The position numbers were made by a program, and so were the translations under genes. A DNA stretch of 63,833 nt, the filler included, from Bacteroidales bacterium (GTDB lineage: Bacteria > Bacteroidota > Bacteroidia > Bacteroidales > CAIWKO01), in the NCBI GenBank assembly GCA_035389045.1. It is 3 parts of 3 records of this genome, joined end to end, with 100 filler letters (N's around TTAATTAATTAA, not from the genome) between each part and the next. Parts side by side here need not be neighbours in the genome. Positions count along the whole stretch, not along the records: positions 30,187 to 59,400 come from DAOORA010000059.1; positions 59,501 to 63,833 come from DAOORA010000123.1; 1 more part is not named here. One strand, given 5' to 3'. Each line of letters opens with the position of its first letter. The stretch's first letter is position 1. The notes below the pieces were generated by a model. The model searched no databases. It saw nothing but the letters and a program-made list of their open reading frames with translations, and had not been told where the DNA came from. Shown here piece after piece: positions 51,979 through 63,390 of this stretch.

Positions 51979-54804
51979 TCACTCTGAGCATTCATAACCT
52001 GTCTTTTTTCCTTTTTCCATTGCCGGTATGCCGGTTTTCATCCATTGAGGCATGGGCTTGCCTTTCAGGTAATGGTCAAAAAACTGCATCATGCGTATGC
52101 TCAGGTCGATACGGTTGGGCCATTTTTCGAGGTTATGTTCGTCACCGTTATAATTCAGCATCCACACGGGTTTGTCCAGACGTCGCAGTGCATTGAAAAG
52201 TTCTATGCCCTGGTACCAAGGCACGGCTCCGTCATTGTCGTTGTTCATCATCAGCAAAGGTGTAGTGATTTTGTCGGCATAAAATAAAGGAGAGTTTTGA
52301 ATAAACAACTCGCGGTTTTGCCACAAATTGGCTCCTATCCTGCTCTGCGACTTTTCGTACTGCGACATCCTGCTTATTCCAGTCCCCCAGCGTATACCGC
52401 CGTATGCACTGGTCATATTGGTAACAGCCGCACCGGCCATAGCAGCCCGGTACATACCGGTCCGTGTAACCAGATAGGCCACCTGGTAACCACCCCAGCT
52501 CTGACCCTGAATACCAATATTTTGTTTATCAACATAATTAAATTTCTTTATAAATTCCGTACCGCTTACCACACAGTCATAGGCCGACTGCCCCGGATAT
52601 CCGGCTTTATACCTGATGTCGGGGATGAATACGATATAACCGTTGCTGCAATAGATAGAAGGATTGATTATGGAACGGCTCGGCGAAGGTATCCAGTGCC
52701 GGTTGAGGTTGTCGGCATTACGTTCATAAAAATATACAATGACAGGGTATATATTTGAAGCATTGAAGTTTTCCGGCTTGTATAGCAGGCCTTCCAGTTC
52801 AATTCCATCAAACGAAGTCCAGTTTACCAGTTCCACGCTGCCCCAGTAATAGTCTTTCTGCTGAAGGTTGGCAAAGGAAACCTGCACAGGATCAGAAAAT
52901 TTCATATCTGTATACTGAAGATCAGGATATTGTGTAAAAGATTCTTTGGTGAATATGAGTTTTTCAGATTTCCGGGCTTTTGCAATAAAGTTCATCTGAT
53001 AATTGCCAAAAATAAGTTTTACCGGTGATTTGCCATTTTTCAGGCTAAAAGAGGCAAAGCCGCTTTGCCTGGTATGGGTATCAAACATGGATAGCATCAG
53101 AGGCTTTTTGGAGTCGATATGTTCTGCTTCCCTGTCGGTGCGCACATAGCGGTATTCGGTATTGGTGCTTCTTCCGTTTCCGGTGATGTTTGCAGGGGCA
53201 GCAATCATCTGCGGGTCAATTTTCCAGATATCATACTTGTCGTACACCAGCACAAAGGCATCATCTTCTGTCCAACCGGCTATGCCATACGGAGAAGGCT
53301 GTTCCGGAGCATCATGATCTTCCTCAAAGAATTTTACCGGAATATCTCTGGTGAGGCAGGTATACGTTTTGTTTTTCACGGAATAAACATTCCAAGTAGA
53401 ATCGTTGAAATTGTAATAAAGCAGGTAATTACCCATGGGTGACATTTTTACTTCATTTTGTTGTTTTTTCAACACCGGCTCTTTCCGGCCCGTGTGAACA
53501 TCCACAATATAATAATCAGCGTAAGCTGCTTCCCAGGAAGATAGCTTCTCGTAGGGTAAACCGGTGCTTGCTAACGCAACAGACGTATTTTTTTTGAGCA
53601 GGCTGATACGGTCTACGAGCGTATCGGCAAGCTGGACAACTTTTTTCTCATTAAAAAAATATGCTGCCTGGTATGTTTTTTTCTTATCCTTTTCGAGTTC
53701 CTTGACCTGTTGCGGCTGCAGGCGGCCGTCAGTCCAGCTCCAGAGGTCAAGTTTAACTTTTTCTTCCTCCAGCAGGGTATCTTTGGGTTCGGGATATTGC
53801 CGGGGTGCCGTTCCAAAATAGATCAGTGCGCCATCCTCAGAGAATCTGGGTTGCTGGTATTCACTAATACGCCATCGGCCAGGAAATTGGGCTTCGGTAG
53901 TATCTACAAGTTTATGAACCTCATTTCGCCTCGTATTCCAGCCCATGATACTGTATTGTTTTACTTTGCCGGTATCCAGTGAAAACTGAAAAATCATCCG
54001 TTGTCCGACATCATCACACACAATATTTTTGGCCGTTCCTGGGTTTAAAAACAAGGTGTCGGGCTTATCTTTTTCTGAAGTAAAAATGCTTACAGCCACC
54101 GTGTCCATTGAATCTTTTTTCAGGGAGATCATCGACAAAAGCGTTCCGTTTTTCGAAAAATCATATTCCGTAACCAGTTTATTGGTAAGACTGATATCTT
54201 TTGCCGGGTTGTAAATAATCAGGTCGGTTCCGGTTTGTTTCGGAGTTTTTTTCTTGTCTTTTTTTGGCTCTGTCTGCTGAACTTTCGCGGTATCAGTCAC
54301 TTTGGCAGTATCTTTTGTATCGACTTTTTCTTTTTTTTCTTCGAGCAGCAACGCTACCCAGGAGCCGCCGTCAGAAGCTAATTTAAAAGATTTTACGTTA
54401 TCAAATTTTTTTAGGGTTCGTGTTTTAAGCATCCAGACTCCTGCCGAATCTTTTGGAAGATCTTCATCTTTTGTTTTTTTTAATTTCATTTTTCGCACAC
54501 TATCGGCAGGCTGTTTGATTTTAAAAACAACAAATTCATTGTTTGCCGATATTTGAGCATCACAGCCACGGGGAATTGAGTCTTTGGAGTTGTTGGCCGC
54601 GTTGACGATATACAGTATCCCATCGCCCTTCAGGGGATTGATTTCATAGATTATCCATTTCCCGTCGTCGGAGATAGCCGGTTTCTTTATGGTTTTCCAG
54701 GCCGTATAAACACTTTCGTCCAGAACTTTTTTTTCTGCTTGCTGAGCAAATATGATCGAGATATTCAATAAAAAAATAAACAGAATGAGGATACTGTGTT
54801 TCAT
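51979..54804 (-). CDS. S9 family (prolyl oligopeptidase-like) exported peptidase
   Basis: Signal peptide, propeller region, GQSWGG nucleophile, DGAV, EHN; start taken at MKHSIL. Confidence 0.92.
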   Translation of the reverse strand: MKHSILILFIFLLNISIIFAQQAEKKVLDESVYTAWKTIKKPAISDDGKWIIYEINPLKGDGILYIVNAANNSKDSIPRGCDAQISANNEFVVFKIKQPADSVRKMKLKKTKDEDLPKDSAGVWMLKTRTLKKFDNVKSFKLASDGGSWVALLLEEKKEKVDTKDTAKVTDTAKVQQTEPKKDKKKTPKQTGTDLIIYNPAKDISLTNKLVTEYDFSKNGTLLSMISLKKDSMDTVAVSIFTSEKDKPDTLFLNPGTAKNIVCDDVGQRMIFQFSLDTGKVKQYSIMGWNTRRNEVHKLVDTTEAQFPGRWRISEYQQPRFSEDGALIYFGTAPRQYPEPKDTLLEEEKVKLDLWSWTDGRLQPQQVKELEKDKKKTYQAAYFFNEKKVVQLADTLVDRISLLKKNTSVALASTGLPYEKLSSWEAAYADYYIVDVHTGRKEPVLKKQQNEVKMSPMGNYLLYYNFNDSTWNVYSVKNKTYTCLTRDIPVKFFEEDHDAPEQPSPYGIAGWTEDDAFVLVYDKYDIWKIDPQMIAAPANITGNGRSTNTEYRYVRTDREAEHIDSKKPLMLSMFDTHTRQSGFASFSLKNGKSPVKLIFGNYQMNFIAKARKSEKLIFTKESFTQYPDLQYTDMKFSDPVQVSFANLQQKDYYWGSVELVNWTSFDGIELEGLLYKPENFNASNIYPVIVYFYERNADNLNRHWIPSPSRSIINPSIYCSNGYIVFIPDIRYKAGYPGQSAYDCVVSGTEFIKKFNYVDKQNIGIQGQSWGGYQVAYLVTRTGMYRAAMAGAAVTNMTSAYGGIRWGTGISRMSQYEKSQSRIGANLWQNRELFIQNSPLFYADKITTPLLMMNNDNDGAVPWYQGIELFNALRRLDKPVWMLNYNGDEHNLEKWPNRIDLSIRMMQFFDHYLKGKPMPQWMKTGIPAMEKGKKTGYECSE

Positions 54805-54886
54805 ATTTAGATAATAAATTAATAAATAATGAATTTTTACCGGGGAAACCAGAAATTGTATCAATCAGAAACCACCAGATGAAGCA

Positions 54887-56335
54887 CTATTTCTGATCTT
54901 TCTTTTGCTTTTCATTATATTTGATAATATCCTCAATGTGGTCAACATCAATGCGTTTAGCAATGATAATTTTCTTTTCATCAAGCAGGTATATAACCGG
55001 AGTACTGTAAATATCATAGGCTTCAGCAAAATGAGGCGTAAGTGCCCTGGGTCCGTTTACATTAACGAAAGGCATATTGTTTTTCCGTATGAATTTTTTC
55101 ATCTCAGCCATGTTCGTATCCGTACACACGGCAAAAACCTCCATATTCAAATCATTTTTCTTTGTATTATATATCTCAACCATTTTGGGTGCTTCAACTT
55201 TGCAATGGCTGCACTCATAATCCCAAAACATTACTACGGTATATTTTGCATTGATGGCATACAGGGAATGAAGCTGAAGGCTGGTATCCTGCATGATCAT
55301 AGGAGGAGCTTCTTTTCCGAGCAATATGGGTTTGAGCTTCATGGCACGTTTGGTAATATTTTCGAGTAAAGTTTCCGACATCCAGGTACATTGCTTGGTC
55401 ATATAGTATTTTTCAACCATATGTACAAAAATGGCGTCAAACCCCATTATCTTCGAAGTTTCATAGGTATATGTGATAAACCAAACCACATATTTAAACA
55501 TTTCTTTATTGGCACGGGCACGTTCGATCAGCTTGTCCGCTTCAACCATAATAGAATCGGGCTGCTGAACTATAACATTATTGAAAAAATTATTGATACG
55601 ATTATAAAAAACAGGAGTTCTCAGAATTTTATCATCCGAAAAATCGATATTATCCCAGTAATGATTTTTAAAGTAAAAATATGTAAAGGTAGAATCTTTG
55701 CGTCCGTTTGATAAGATCGGGGCTTCAGGAATTTCAGGGTCACGCGAAGCAACAAAAACTTTTGAAATAAAAGTTTCCGGATGTTTTTTAATAAAATCTA
55801 TCTTATAGTTTTTAACGGCTTCGTCAATTTTTTCAATTTCTTTTTTTATGATAGCAGTAGAATCCTTATTGTCTTTATTGTCATCAAGGCGCTTTTTCAG
55901 CTTATCGTAAATTTTCTGATTTTGATTGGCTGCGTTCAGATATTCGTAGAAAACCTTATTTTCATCTGAACCCTTAACTTTCATATTTTTCACAAGGTCT
56001 GCCGTATCCGTTTCCAGCCATAATTCCTGCTCCTTGTTAATAATGAATTCAAAAAACTTTTTGGTAGGTGTCACAATAAAATAAATACCTCCGGGCAGAG
56101 GCTCCTTGCCCTGAAACAGTATTTCTCCTTTTGGGCCGGCAATGAGCGTATCGTCAATATACTGATGCTGGCCATAATAATGTCCCAGGTAACAGGTATC
56201 GCTCACCACGCCAGTAACTTTAGCGTGAATTTTATAACCCCCGGCATACTCATTTGAAATCTTATTGGGGTGATAAAAAGCAAAATTTGCCATAAAAAGC
56301 GCTGATAATATGACATTTGAAATAAAAGAAATCAT
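54887..56335 (-). CDS. TlpA-like thioredoxin-fold protein with DUF5106-like domain
   Basis: HYWDNIDF.D...LRTP region, then GKEAP...FWDYECSHC...YDIYSTP.IYLLD. Confidence 0.82.
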   Translation of the reverse strand: MISFISNVILSALFMANFAFYHPNKISNEYAGGYKIHAKVTGVVSDTCYLGHYYGQHQYIDDTLIAGPKGEILFQGKEPLPGGIYFIVTPTKKFFEFIINKEQELWLETDTADLVKNMKVKGSDENKVFYEYLNAANQNQKIYDKLKKRLDDNKDNKDSTAIIKKEIEKIDEAVKNYKIDFIKKHPETFISKVFVASRDPEIPEAPILSNGRKDSTFTYFYFKNHYWDNIDFSDDKILRTPVFYNRINNFFNNVIVQQPDSIMVEADKLIERARANKEMFKYVVWFITYTYETSKIMGFDAIFVHMVEKYYMTKQCTWMSETLLENITKRAMKLKPILLGKEAPPMIMQDTSLQLHSLYAINAKYTVVMFWDYECSHCKVEAPKMVEIYNTKKNDLNMEVFAVCTDTNMAEMKKFIRKNNMPFVNVNGPRALTPHFAEAYDIYSTPVIYLLDEKKIIIAKRIDVDHIEDIIKYNEKQKKDQK

Positions 56336-57031
56336 ATAAAAATTTTTTGGAGATTCTTTGCAAATTTAATGCTAAACCATAAAAACGTACCGTATTTTTG
56401 ATTTTTTTTTCGACATTGTTATTCGGGATTTATATGTATTGTCATGGGTTGCATAATTAACCCTGTGGTATTCAGTGGTTTTTGGATAGGTGTTTAACAA
56501 TTCAGTTTCTACTGTCAAAAAGTCAGGTTTGTTGGCTTTTAAATTTAATCCCGGTGAGCATCGTTGAAAAATATGAGCTGGTCAAACAATTAACGTGCTC
56601 CCCCTGCTCATGCCTTTCAGCAAAGGGATGTACGGATTTTTATCATATAAACAGATTGGAAACAGGATTAAAGTTTTTATTATACAAATCAAATACATAA
56701 TTAAAGAGATTGATTATGAATACATTAATGATATTTTCTTTAAATATCACCGGCTTTACTAATTTTGCGCCTGGAATTTATAAAAACATTAACCCTGTAG
56801 AATCGTTCTGCTTGCTCATGGAATATACTTTCATCAACTTTCCGGCTTATGATTACACCCTGACGGAATTGGTAATGCGTTGGTATTCATTGAACTCCAT
56901 AAAATCCCTGTACAGAAACGCCGCGTCAGCTATAACCTCATTTCCGGACAAGGTTGAAAAAAGGCACACTCATTGCGAAGAAATTTTTCACACCCTGTTT
57001 CATTATTTTGGATATTCAAAATCAAATTCAC

Positions 57032-57871
57032 ATGAAAAGAAAAATAGTCTTATTTATTGTAATCTTTATTTTATGCGGTATTTCCTATGGCCAGAATTTC
57101 AGCATTGGCGGCCGGGCAGGATTGAATGTCATGCCATTTAAAAAAGATGATCTTAACGGACAACTCTTTGGCATTGGAGGTCATGCAGGGATTATCACCA
57201 GCTATAAAATCAACGACTGGTTTTCGGTTTCGGCAGAAGCCCTTTATACAAGTCGCAAAAAAACATATGAACTAAATAGTACCGGTTCATTCATTGGAAC
57301 CTTAAGCGCTAATCCGATGTTGGCCATGTTGGGTGTCGACATTAATGATATCCTAGATTCACTCGGTACTATTCAAAATTATGTAAACGATACGGTGTAT
57401 AATACTACACGCGGTATGGCAAATCTTGGTTATATCAAGATTCCCATACTGCTTACGTTTAACTATGAGTCATTATATTTTTCTGCCGGGCCTTATATTT
57501 CATTTTTAGTTTCAAACAAGAGCAAAGAATCGTTTTCGCAACACATTCCTATCGTGGAATCGCTCACAGGGCTTGATACCATCCCGTTTTATACGAGCAT
57601 CATTGATGGTATGTTTCCGGGCTATAACGCAGCGGTTAACCAAAACATTACCGGTGATAAAAATATCCGGAAAGTGGATTTTGGCATTATGGCTGATGTA
57701 TCTTATCATTTAGATAACAATTTTATTATTGGTATAAGATACACACAAGGATTGCTCAATTACCGGGATCCGGAGATTTACAAAAAAGATTATCTGTCGT
57801 CGTTCAGTTTTTCTATCGGATATTTATTCGGCGTTTCCGGCAACAATATATCTGTATTTAAATACGAATGA
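57032..57871 (+). CDS. Porin family / outer-membrane beta-barrel protein
   Basis: Signal peptide from MKRKIV, GGRAGLN, YIKIPIL, AGPYISFL, RYTQGL, FSIGYLF. Confidence 0.8.
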   Translation: MKRKIVLFIVIFILCGISYGQNFSIGGRAGLNVMPFKKDDLNGQLFGIGGHAGIITSYKINDWFSVSAEALYTSRKKTYELNSTGSFIGTLSANPMLAMLGVDINDILDSLGTIQNYVNDTVYNTTRGMANLGYIKIPILLTFNYESLYFSAGPYISFLVSNKSKESFSQHIPIVESLTGLDTIPFYTSIIDGMFPGYNAAVNQNITGDKNIRKVDFGIMADVSYHLDNNFIIGIRYTQGLLNYRDPEIYKKDYLSSFSFSIGYLFGVSGNNISVFKYE

Positions 57872-58144
57872 TGCAGGACGCCCCTCCAAAATGCGTTTAT
57901 AAATAAATGCGTTTGATGCCGGTGAACAAAATCCGGACTGACATTCCGTCAAATACAATTTCCAGCATGAACGGTATAAATTCATCACACTTACCGTTAA
58001 TTTGTTATTGTATCTCTTATGTGATAACAACACAACAGTAAGTTAATTGGTGAAGTGCGAAAAAAAATTTGTTATAAGGCATGTTTTCAGCAAGATAGAC
58101 TTATAAGGTGCAAACTCAAACCATAATGCTCAGAAGTGACCGAC

Positions 58145-59400
58145 TTAATGGTGTACCAATTTCATTATCACGCATTTTGAACTATTCAACCCTATATATT
58201 CTAATCTGAATGTATACATACCTGCAGGCAATTCCTTAGAGGGAAACAGCACCCTATGCTTCCCTGAAGCCCGGATATCATTCACAAGTTCTGAAACCAG
58301 TTCCCCTAAAACATTATACACATTCAGTTTCACCGTTCCGCTTTCCGGTAAGCTATAGTTGATTTCCACTTCGCCATCAAACGGGTTGGGGTAACCTGCG
58401 AACTCAAATCCCGAATCACTATCATCACCCTGAACAAAGATTTTGGGCATCAGCAGGTATGCCTCATCATTAGTTTCGCCATATTGATCTGCCCACAATC
58501 CTGACCCTGTCAGGCTGAAATCCAGTTCTCCCGGACTCATTGCCTGCAAAGGATGAAACCTGAAAACAATCAATGTTTCGCCGGCTTCCACATCAAAATG
58601 CATTGTAGTGGCATAAACAATCCTGATTGTACCATTTTCATCGGTTACCAGCAGGTCGTCATTTTCAGCAATGATCTCCTCTAATGAAGGATTGATCTTA
58701 ACAGCATTGTTTTTTGAATGAGCTTTGGGTATTTTTACATCCACCAGCTGATACTCATGATACGGGTATTTCAATTCCAAGCCCAAAGCAGAAAACTCAT
58801 TCATTTTTTCGCTGATCGATAAAGGCAGTTCAATGGATGAGGCATTATTGAGCATCATGTTTTCTTCAGAAGTATAGATTATGTTCTCCTGTTCCATTGA
58901 CTTTGTATTATTCCAGGTATACAAAGAATCACGGTATTTTGTGCTGGAAGCGTTGTAATCGCCACAACATATAGTCTCCAGATCTATATTTACATCAGCA
59001 CCGGATACCGTGACGGCTTTATTTAAAGCTACCCAGTTGCCTTTGGGGAAGTTTTTATCAGCCAGATATGGAGAAGCTATCTTTGATTTTATCCTAGAGA
59101 CATCTATCACATTCAAATACTGATTATTATCAACATTCCCTGCTTTTCTGTATCTGGATGCAAAACACCTCGAAGGATCCTGAAGCGTATCACTGGCAAT
59201 TAAATATTTTAGCATAGAAACATCAGCCACGTTTATATCATTGCCCCACTGCATGGTATCGGCTGTATACTTATCGTACGAAAGCAAATAACTTCCGTCG
59301 GGTACATCAAGGAACTGGTAGTTGCCCCAGGCATCGCTGGTATCCCTTGCCAACTCTACTCCGGCCGGATAACTTTTGAGTATCACGATGACATTATCAA
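58145..59400 (-). CDS. 3' part of a T9SS-secreted protein with dockerin-like and cohesin-like modules
   Basis: Frame is open to the gap. Paired INVADVSML / GNVDNNQYLNVIDVSRI motifs, a cohesin-like beta sandwich, and CTD YPNPF...VYNVLGE...AGMY. Confidence 0.78.
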
Positions 59401-59500
59401 NNNNNNNNNNNNNNNNNNNNNNNNNNNNNNNNNNNNNNNNNNNNTTAATTAATTAANNNNNNNNNNNNNNNNNNNNNNNNNNNNNNNNNNNNNNNNNNNN
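59401..59500. other. Artificial contig linker
   Basis: 44 N + TTAATTAATTAA + 44 N. Confidence 0.93.
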
Positions 59501-59979
59501 TAAATAATGTCGCACGGTAAAAAATATATATAACCTTTGTTGGTGTTGAATTTTATTTTATTGCCCTGACGGAAGTATTCTTTTAATCGTTGTGCACCTT
59601 CGCCGAATGAATTTGTTTTCTTTAATCTGTAACGGTCAAGTGTTTTTTTGAGTTCTTCAGGATCAACAGGTTTGAGAAGGTAATCAAATACGCCTTGCTT
59701 TATTGCTTTTATGGCATATTCGTTATAGGCGGTCAGAAATATAATGGACAGATTTTCAATTCCGAGCTTTGAAAGTAAGTCAAGCAAATCAAATCCGTCT
59801 TCCTGGGGCATATTGATATCAAGAAATACAATGTCCGGTTTTTCAGTTAAAATTTTCTTGAAAGCATCATCGCAATTATCTGCTTCGGCTACAATGATAA
59901 AATCTTCATGCACCTTTAGTGAGTTGATAATATTCTGACGGGCTTTTGGCTCATCATCTACTATTAGTACCTTGTGCAT
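59501..59979 (-). CDS. LytTR-family response regulator, 3'-truncated by the gap
   Basis: IVDDE, FLDINMP, YLLKP and the start of a LytTR-like domain. Confidence 0.88.
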
Positions 59980-60186
59980 AACCGGCGGTTTTAGTTGCTT
60001 TATTTTTTTGAATATATAAAAAAATACCCAAATACATTTATGGTAACAAATGTACGAATAATAGTTATATTATTTTTAAACTTCTGAAAAATATTTTTTA
60101 TATTTATCTTATTTATACTGTTAATCAGTCAATTATAAAATTGTGTTAAGTTACGCATGCAATAAATGTATAATATAATGAAAATA

Positions 60187-63100
60187 CTATATTTTTATCT
60201 TATAATCAAAAGGGATTGTGAGAATAATTTTTGTTCCGGCCGGTTTTCCCGATTTGTCAAATAAGTCTTCTATCAAAAAACCGGCCTTATTTTCGTTGTA
60301 CCCGTTCAGCACATCAAAAAATTTTCTGATAATCTGTAATCCCATCCCGGTGGAAAAGTTTTGCTTTGCTGCCGAGCGTTCTCTGCCGATACCGTTATCA
60401 GTGATTTCTGCCCGAAGGACATTGTTTTCCCTGGAGATATTTACGGAAAGCAAGCCTCCGCCTTTCAGGGGTTCCAGTCCATGTTTCATGGCATTTTCAA
60501 CAAATATCTGAATGCACATTTTGGGAATTTCAAAGTTCAGGTCTATATTGTTACCGGTTTGTATCACATAATCAAAACGTTCGCCGAGTCTGTATTTCTG
60601 AAGGACAAGGTAGTTGCGTATAAATTCTATTTCTTCACCGAGGGTACGCCCAATCTTGTCGTGAAGGGCCAGAGAATTCCGCAAAAGGTTTGAAACCTTG
60701 ACAAAATAAGTATAAGCTTTGTCGGTATTTTTTTCCTGTACCTCTGTACCTATGGCGGTTATCACATTAAAGATAAAATGCGGGTCTATCTGGGCATTGA
60801 TGGTTTTTATCTGCATGGCGGCAATTTCTTTCTGAACAGCCCTGTGTTCCTGTCGTTTCAATTGTACACGGTGATGTATGGCATATAGGATCAGTGCCCC
60901 CGACAGCATCAGCAGAAGATTAGCAATAATTATAAACCATAATGTTTGCCAGAAAGCAGGAAAGATCTCAAAGGACACCCTGGCCGGAATTTGATTCCAC
61001 TTCCCGAACTCATTGCATGACAAAACTTCAAAGACATATTTTCCGAAAGGAAGGTTGGTATATGTAATTATATTATCTGTTGTCGGTGACGACCAATCAT
61101 TGTCGTAACCCAATAAACGGGTTTTGTACATCACCCGCTCGGGACAGGAGAAGGACAAGCCTGTGTATTCGATCTGTATATTATTTTGTTTATACAATAA
61201 TGTTATTATGGTATCACTTAAGTCATAACTGCCGAAAACTCTTTTCCATTTCAGGCCCTTGTCAGCTACATGCAGGCTTCGGATATGTATCCGCGGGGGT
61301 TTTTTATTCTCCGCTATCCTGTAAGGCATAAATTTTACCACCCTGTCCGAAGTGGCGATCCATATGTTACCTCTGCAATCTACGCAGGCGCCGTTTTGCC
61401 CGCATTCGATACCTGTAAAACCATTCAACCAATCAAAATAATGATAATAAGGAACCCGGGCGTTGTAAAACTTTTCCAGATCCAGGTAATAGATACCTTT
61501 TACCGTACCCGCTATGAGATGTTTTTCATGATACGTTTTGATGAATAGAAAAGGTGTTCCGAAAAGTTTGATCAAACGGTGATAGTTGTAAAAAAATAAT
61601 CCTTCGAGGTTCCCGATCCACATATTGCCTCTGAAATCTCTGGCGGAGCATATGGCGCCTTTGGTATACACAGAGTCGTGTTTTTCGGAATCCATAAACT
61701 TTTCCCCGTCAAAAAGCAGAATACGCGACGAAGCGCCTATCCAAAACCGGTCATATTTATCTTTTTCGATAGAGATAACGGTAAGCCCTTTGGTATCATA
61801 TCTTTTAATCTGCCCGTTATACGTATTGCAGGTATAAAGTCCTTCGCTGGTTCCAAAATACAGGACATTTCTTTGCTGATCTTCGTAGATATATAAACAT
61901 GAGGGCGATTTACCTTTTTCTGATAATCTGGCGAAAGTACGGAACCTGCCGTTGTAAAATTCCATGATACTTCCATCATCTGTCGGAAACAGCAGGCGGT
62001 TATCAGATGTTCTGATCCCTCCCATGTAAAAATGGTGGCCTGGTTTAATGAACTTTTCAAATCCCCGCGCATTTGTTATTTGGTTGTTTTTGATGATCTG
62101 CACATTGCCCTTGAATGAGGCACAGAATATGGACGAATCTGCCGCTTCAAGGATGGTCCATATGTATTTCTCAAGGCCTGATTCTTCGTCATAATTTCGA
62201 AAGGCTGATGATTGAAGACGAAAAAGTCCGTTCTCGGTTCCGATCCAGATATTCCCTTCATTATCCACAAGAAACGAGGTTATTTCCACAAACTTGTTAT
62301 TTTTCACCTCCTTCATCAGGATGGTACCGTTGGTATCAATGATAAACCATTCGTTGGATTTGGTATACAGAATAATTTTGCTGCCGTCAAAAACGTATGA
62401 GATCTTGTTTAAATCAATATGGTCGCTGGACCAAATTTTTTTTACCATGTTATTCCTGAATGTGAAAACCCCCTCCAGGCTCCTGTCCCTTTTTTGGTTG
62501 TCTTCACTGACAATGATATAGCCATTTTTATATTCTCCGGCAGAGATGTTATACATGTCATTTATTTTCAGTATTTCTCCTGATTCTTTGAGTTCAAAAA
62601 GTCCCTTCTTTGTTTTCAGGTATTTCTTCCCATCTTTAGTTTGAAAAAAAACCCTCAAATAATTGGTATCGCTGTCCCGAAGTGTATAAAACAATTCAGC
62701 TTTGTTTCCATTGCATCTAAATAATGTACGGTCACAATTTACAACAAAAAAATCTTCATCGTTGGTTTTAACAGGTCCGAACGAACTGCCAATGCTTGAA
62801 TCAAATAGATCAATTACTTTAAACGAACCTTTTGTTAAAACCGAATACCCTTTATCCGTAATGCAATAAATTTTTTTTTTTGAATCTTCCAGAAAACTGT
62901 TTATCAATCCGGGGGCAAGGCCATCTGAGATGGTATAATTTCTAAAGTACTTACCGTCGAAACGGCTGGCTCCGGCCTTTGTCCCGACCCATATGAATCC
63001 CCGGCTGTCCTGGTATAATGAGGTCACCTGGTTTTGTACCAGCCCGTCGAGTATCGTATAATGTTTGTAACTGTAATTCTGGGTAAAAGCAGAGGGTGTA

Positions 63101-63234
63101 AATAATAGGTATGTTAATAATATGAGTATTGTGCGGTTTGCAAAACACATTAATATGCAGCCGGGTTTCGGCATTGTTTTTATGACTAAAAAGGTAAATA
63201 TGGTCGTGAAGTTTCTCAAAATGACAGTTTTCAA
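60187..63234 (-). CDS. LytS-type sensor histidine kinase with beta-propeller and Y_Y_Y domain
   Basis: YTILDGL...QDSRGFIWVGT repeats, YTNLPFGKY, a TM helix, QIDPHFIFN, ENAMKHG, DNGIG. The start may lie further downstream. Confidence 0.88.
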   Translation of the reverse strand: MKTVILRNFTTIFTFLVIKTMPKPGCILMCFANRTILILLTYLLFTPSAFTQNYSYKHYTILDGLVQNQVTSLYQDSRGFIWVGTKAGASRFDGKYFRNYTISDGLAPGLINSFLEDSKKKIYCITDKGYSVLTKGSFKVIDLFDSSIGSSFGPVKTNDEDFFVVNCDRTLFRCNGNKAELFYTLRDSDTNYLRVFFQTKDGKKYLKTKKGLFELKESGEILKINDMYNISAGEYKNGYIIVSEDNQKRDRSLEGVFTFRNNMVKKIWSSDHIDLNKISYVFDGSKIILYTKSNEWFIIDTNGTILMKEVKNNKFVEITSFLVDNEGNIWIGTENGLFRLQSSAFRNYDEESGLEKYIWTILEAADSSIFCASFKGNVQIIKNNQITNARGFEKFIKPGHHFYMGGIRTSDNRLLFPTDDGSIMEFYNGRFRTFARLSEKGKSPSCLYIYEDQQRNVLYFGTSEGLYTCNTYNGQIKRYDTKGLTVISIEKDKYDRFWIGASSRILLFDGEKFMDSEKHDSVYTKGAICSARDFRGNMWIGNLEGLFFYNYHRLIKLFGTPFLFIKTYHEKHLIAGTVKGIYYLDLEKFYNARVPYYHYFDWLNGFTGIECGQNGACVDCRGNIWIATSDRVVKFMPYRIAENKKPPRIHIRSLHVADKGLKWKRVFGSYDLSDTIITLLYKQNNIQIEYTGLSFSCPERVMYKTRLLGYDNDWSSPTTDNIITYTNLPFGKYVFEVLSCNEFGKWNQIPARVSFEIFPAFWQTLWFIIIANLLLMLSGALILYAIHHRVQLKRQEHRAVQKEIAAMQIKTINAQIDPHFIFNVITAIGTEVQEKNTDKAYTYFVKVSNLLRNSLALHDKIGRTLGEEIEFIRNYLVLQKYRLGERFDYVIQTGNNIDLNFEIPKMCIQIFVENAMKHGLEPLKGGGLLSVNISRENNVLRAEITDNGIGRERSAAKQNFSTGMGLQIIRKFFDVLNGYNENKAGFLIEDLFDKSGKPAGTKIILTIPFDYKIKI

Positions 63235-63330
63235 TACAAATATATTTGATTTATGAGAAAACGGTTAAATCTTTTTTTTTGCACTTCAAAGAAAGATTTA
63301 ACAGAATAAACAGCATTTCAACAGAATGTT

Positions 63331-63364
63331 AAAAAAAAGCTGACTCTAAATAAGTCAGCCTTTT
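63331..63364 (-). terminator. Rho-independent terminator
   Basis: Minus strand GGCTGACT-TATTTAG-AGTCAGCT followed by a T run. Confidence 0.8.
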
Positions 63365-63390
63365 CCTTAGAAATCAATTATTTACACAGA

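Noticed and set aside
56710..57141. 143-aa ORF
   Set aside because: TTG start, no recognisable motif, and it overlaps the porin gene in another frame.
58145..59979. Operon linking the second LytTR regulator to the dockerin-cohesin gene
   Set aside because: The two are separated by an artificial linker, so their order and distance are unproven.
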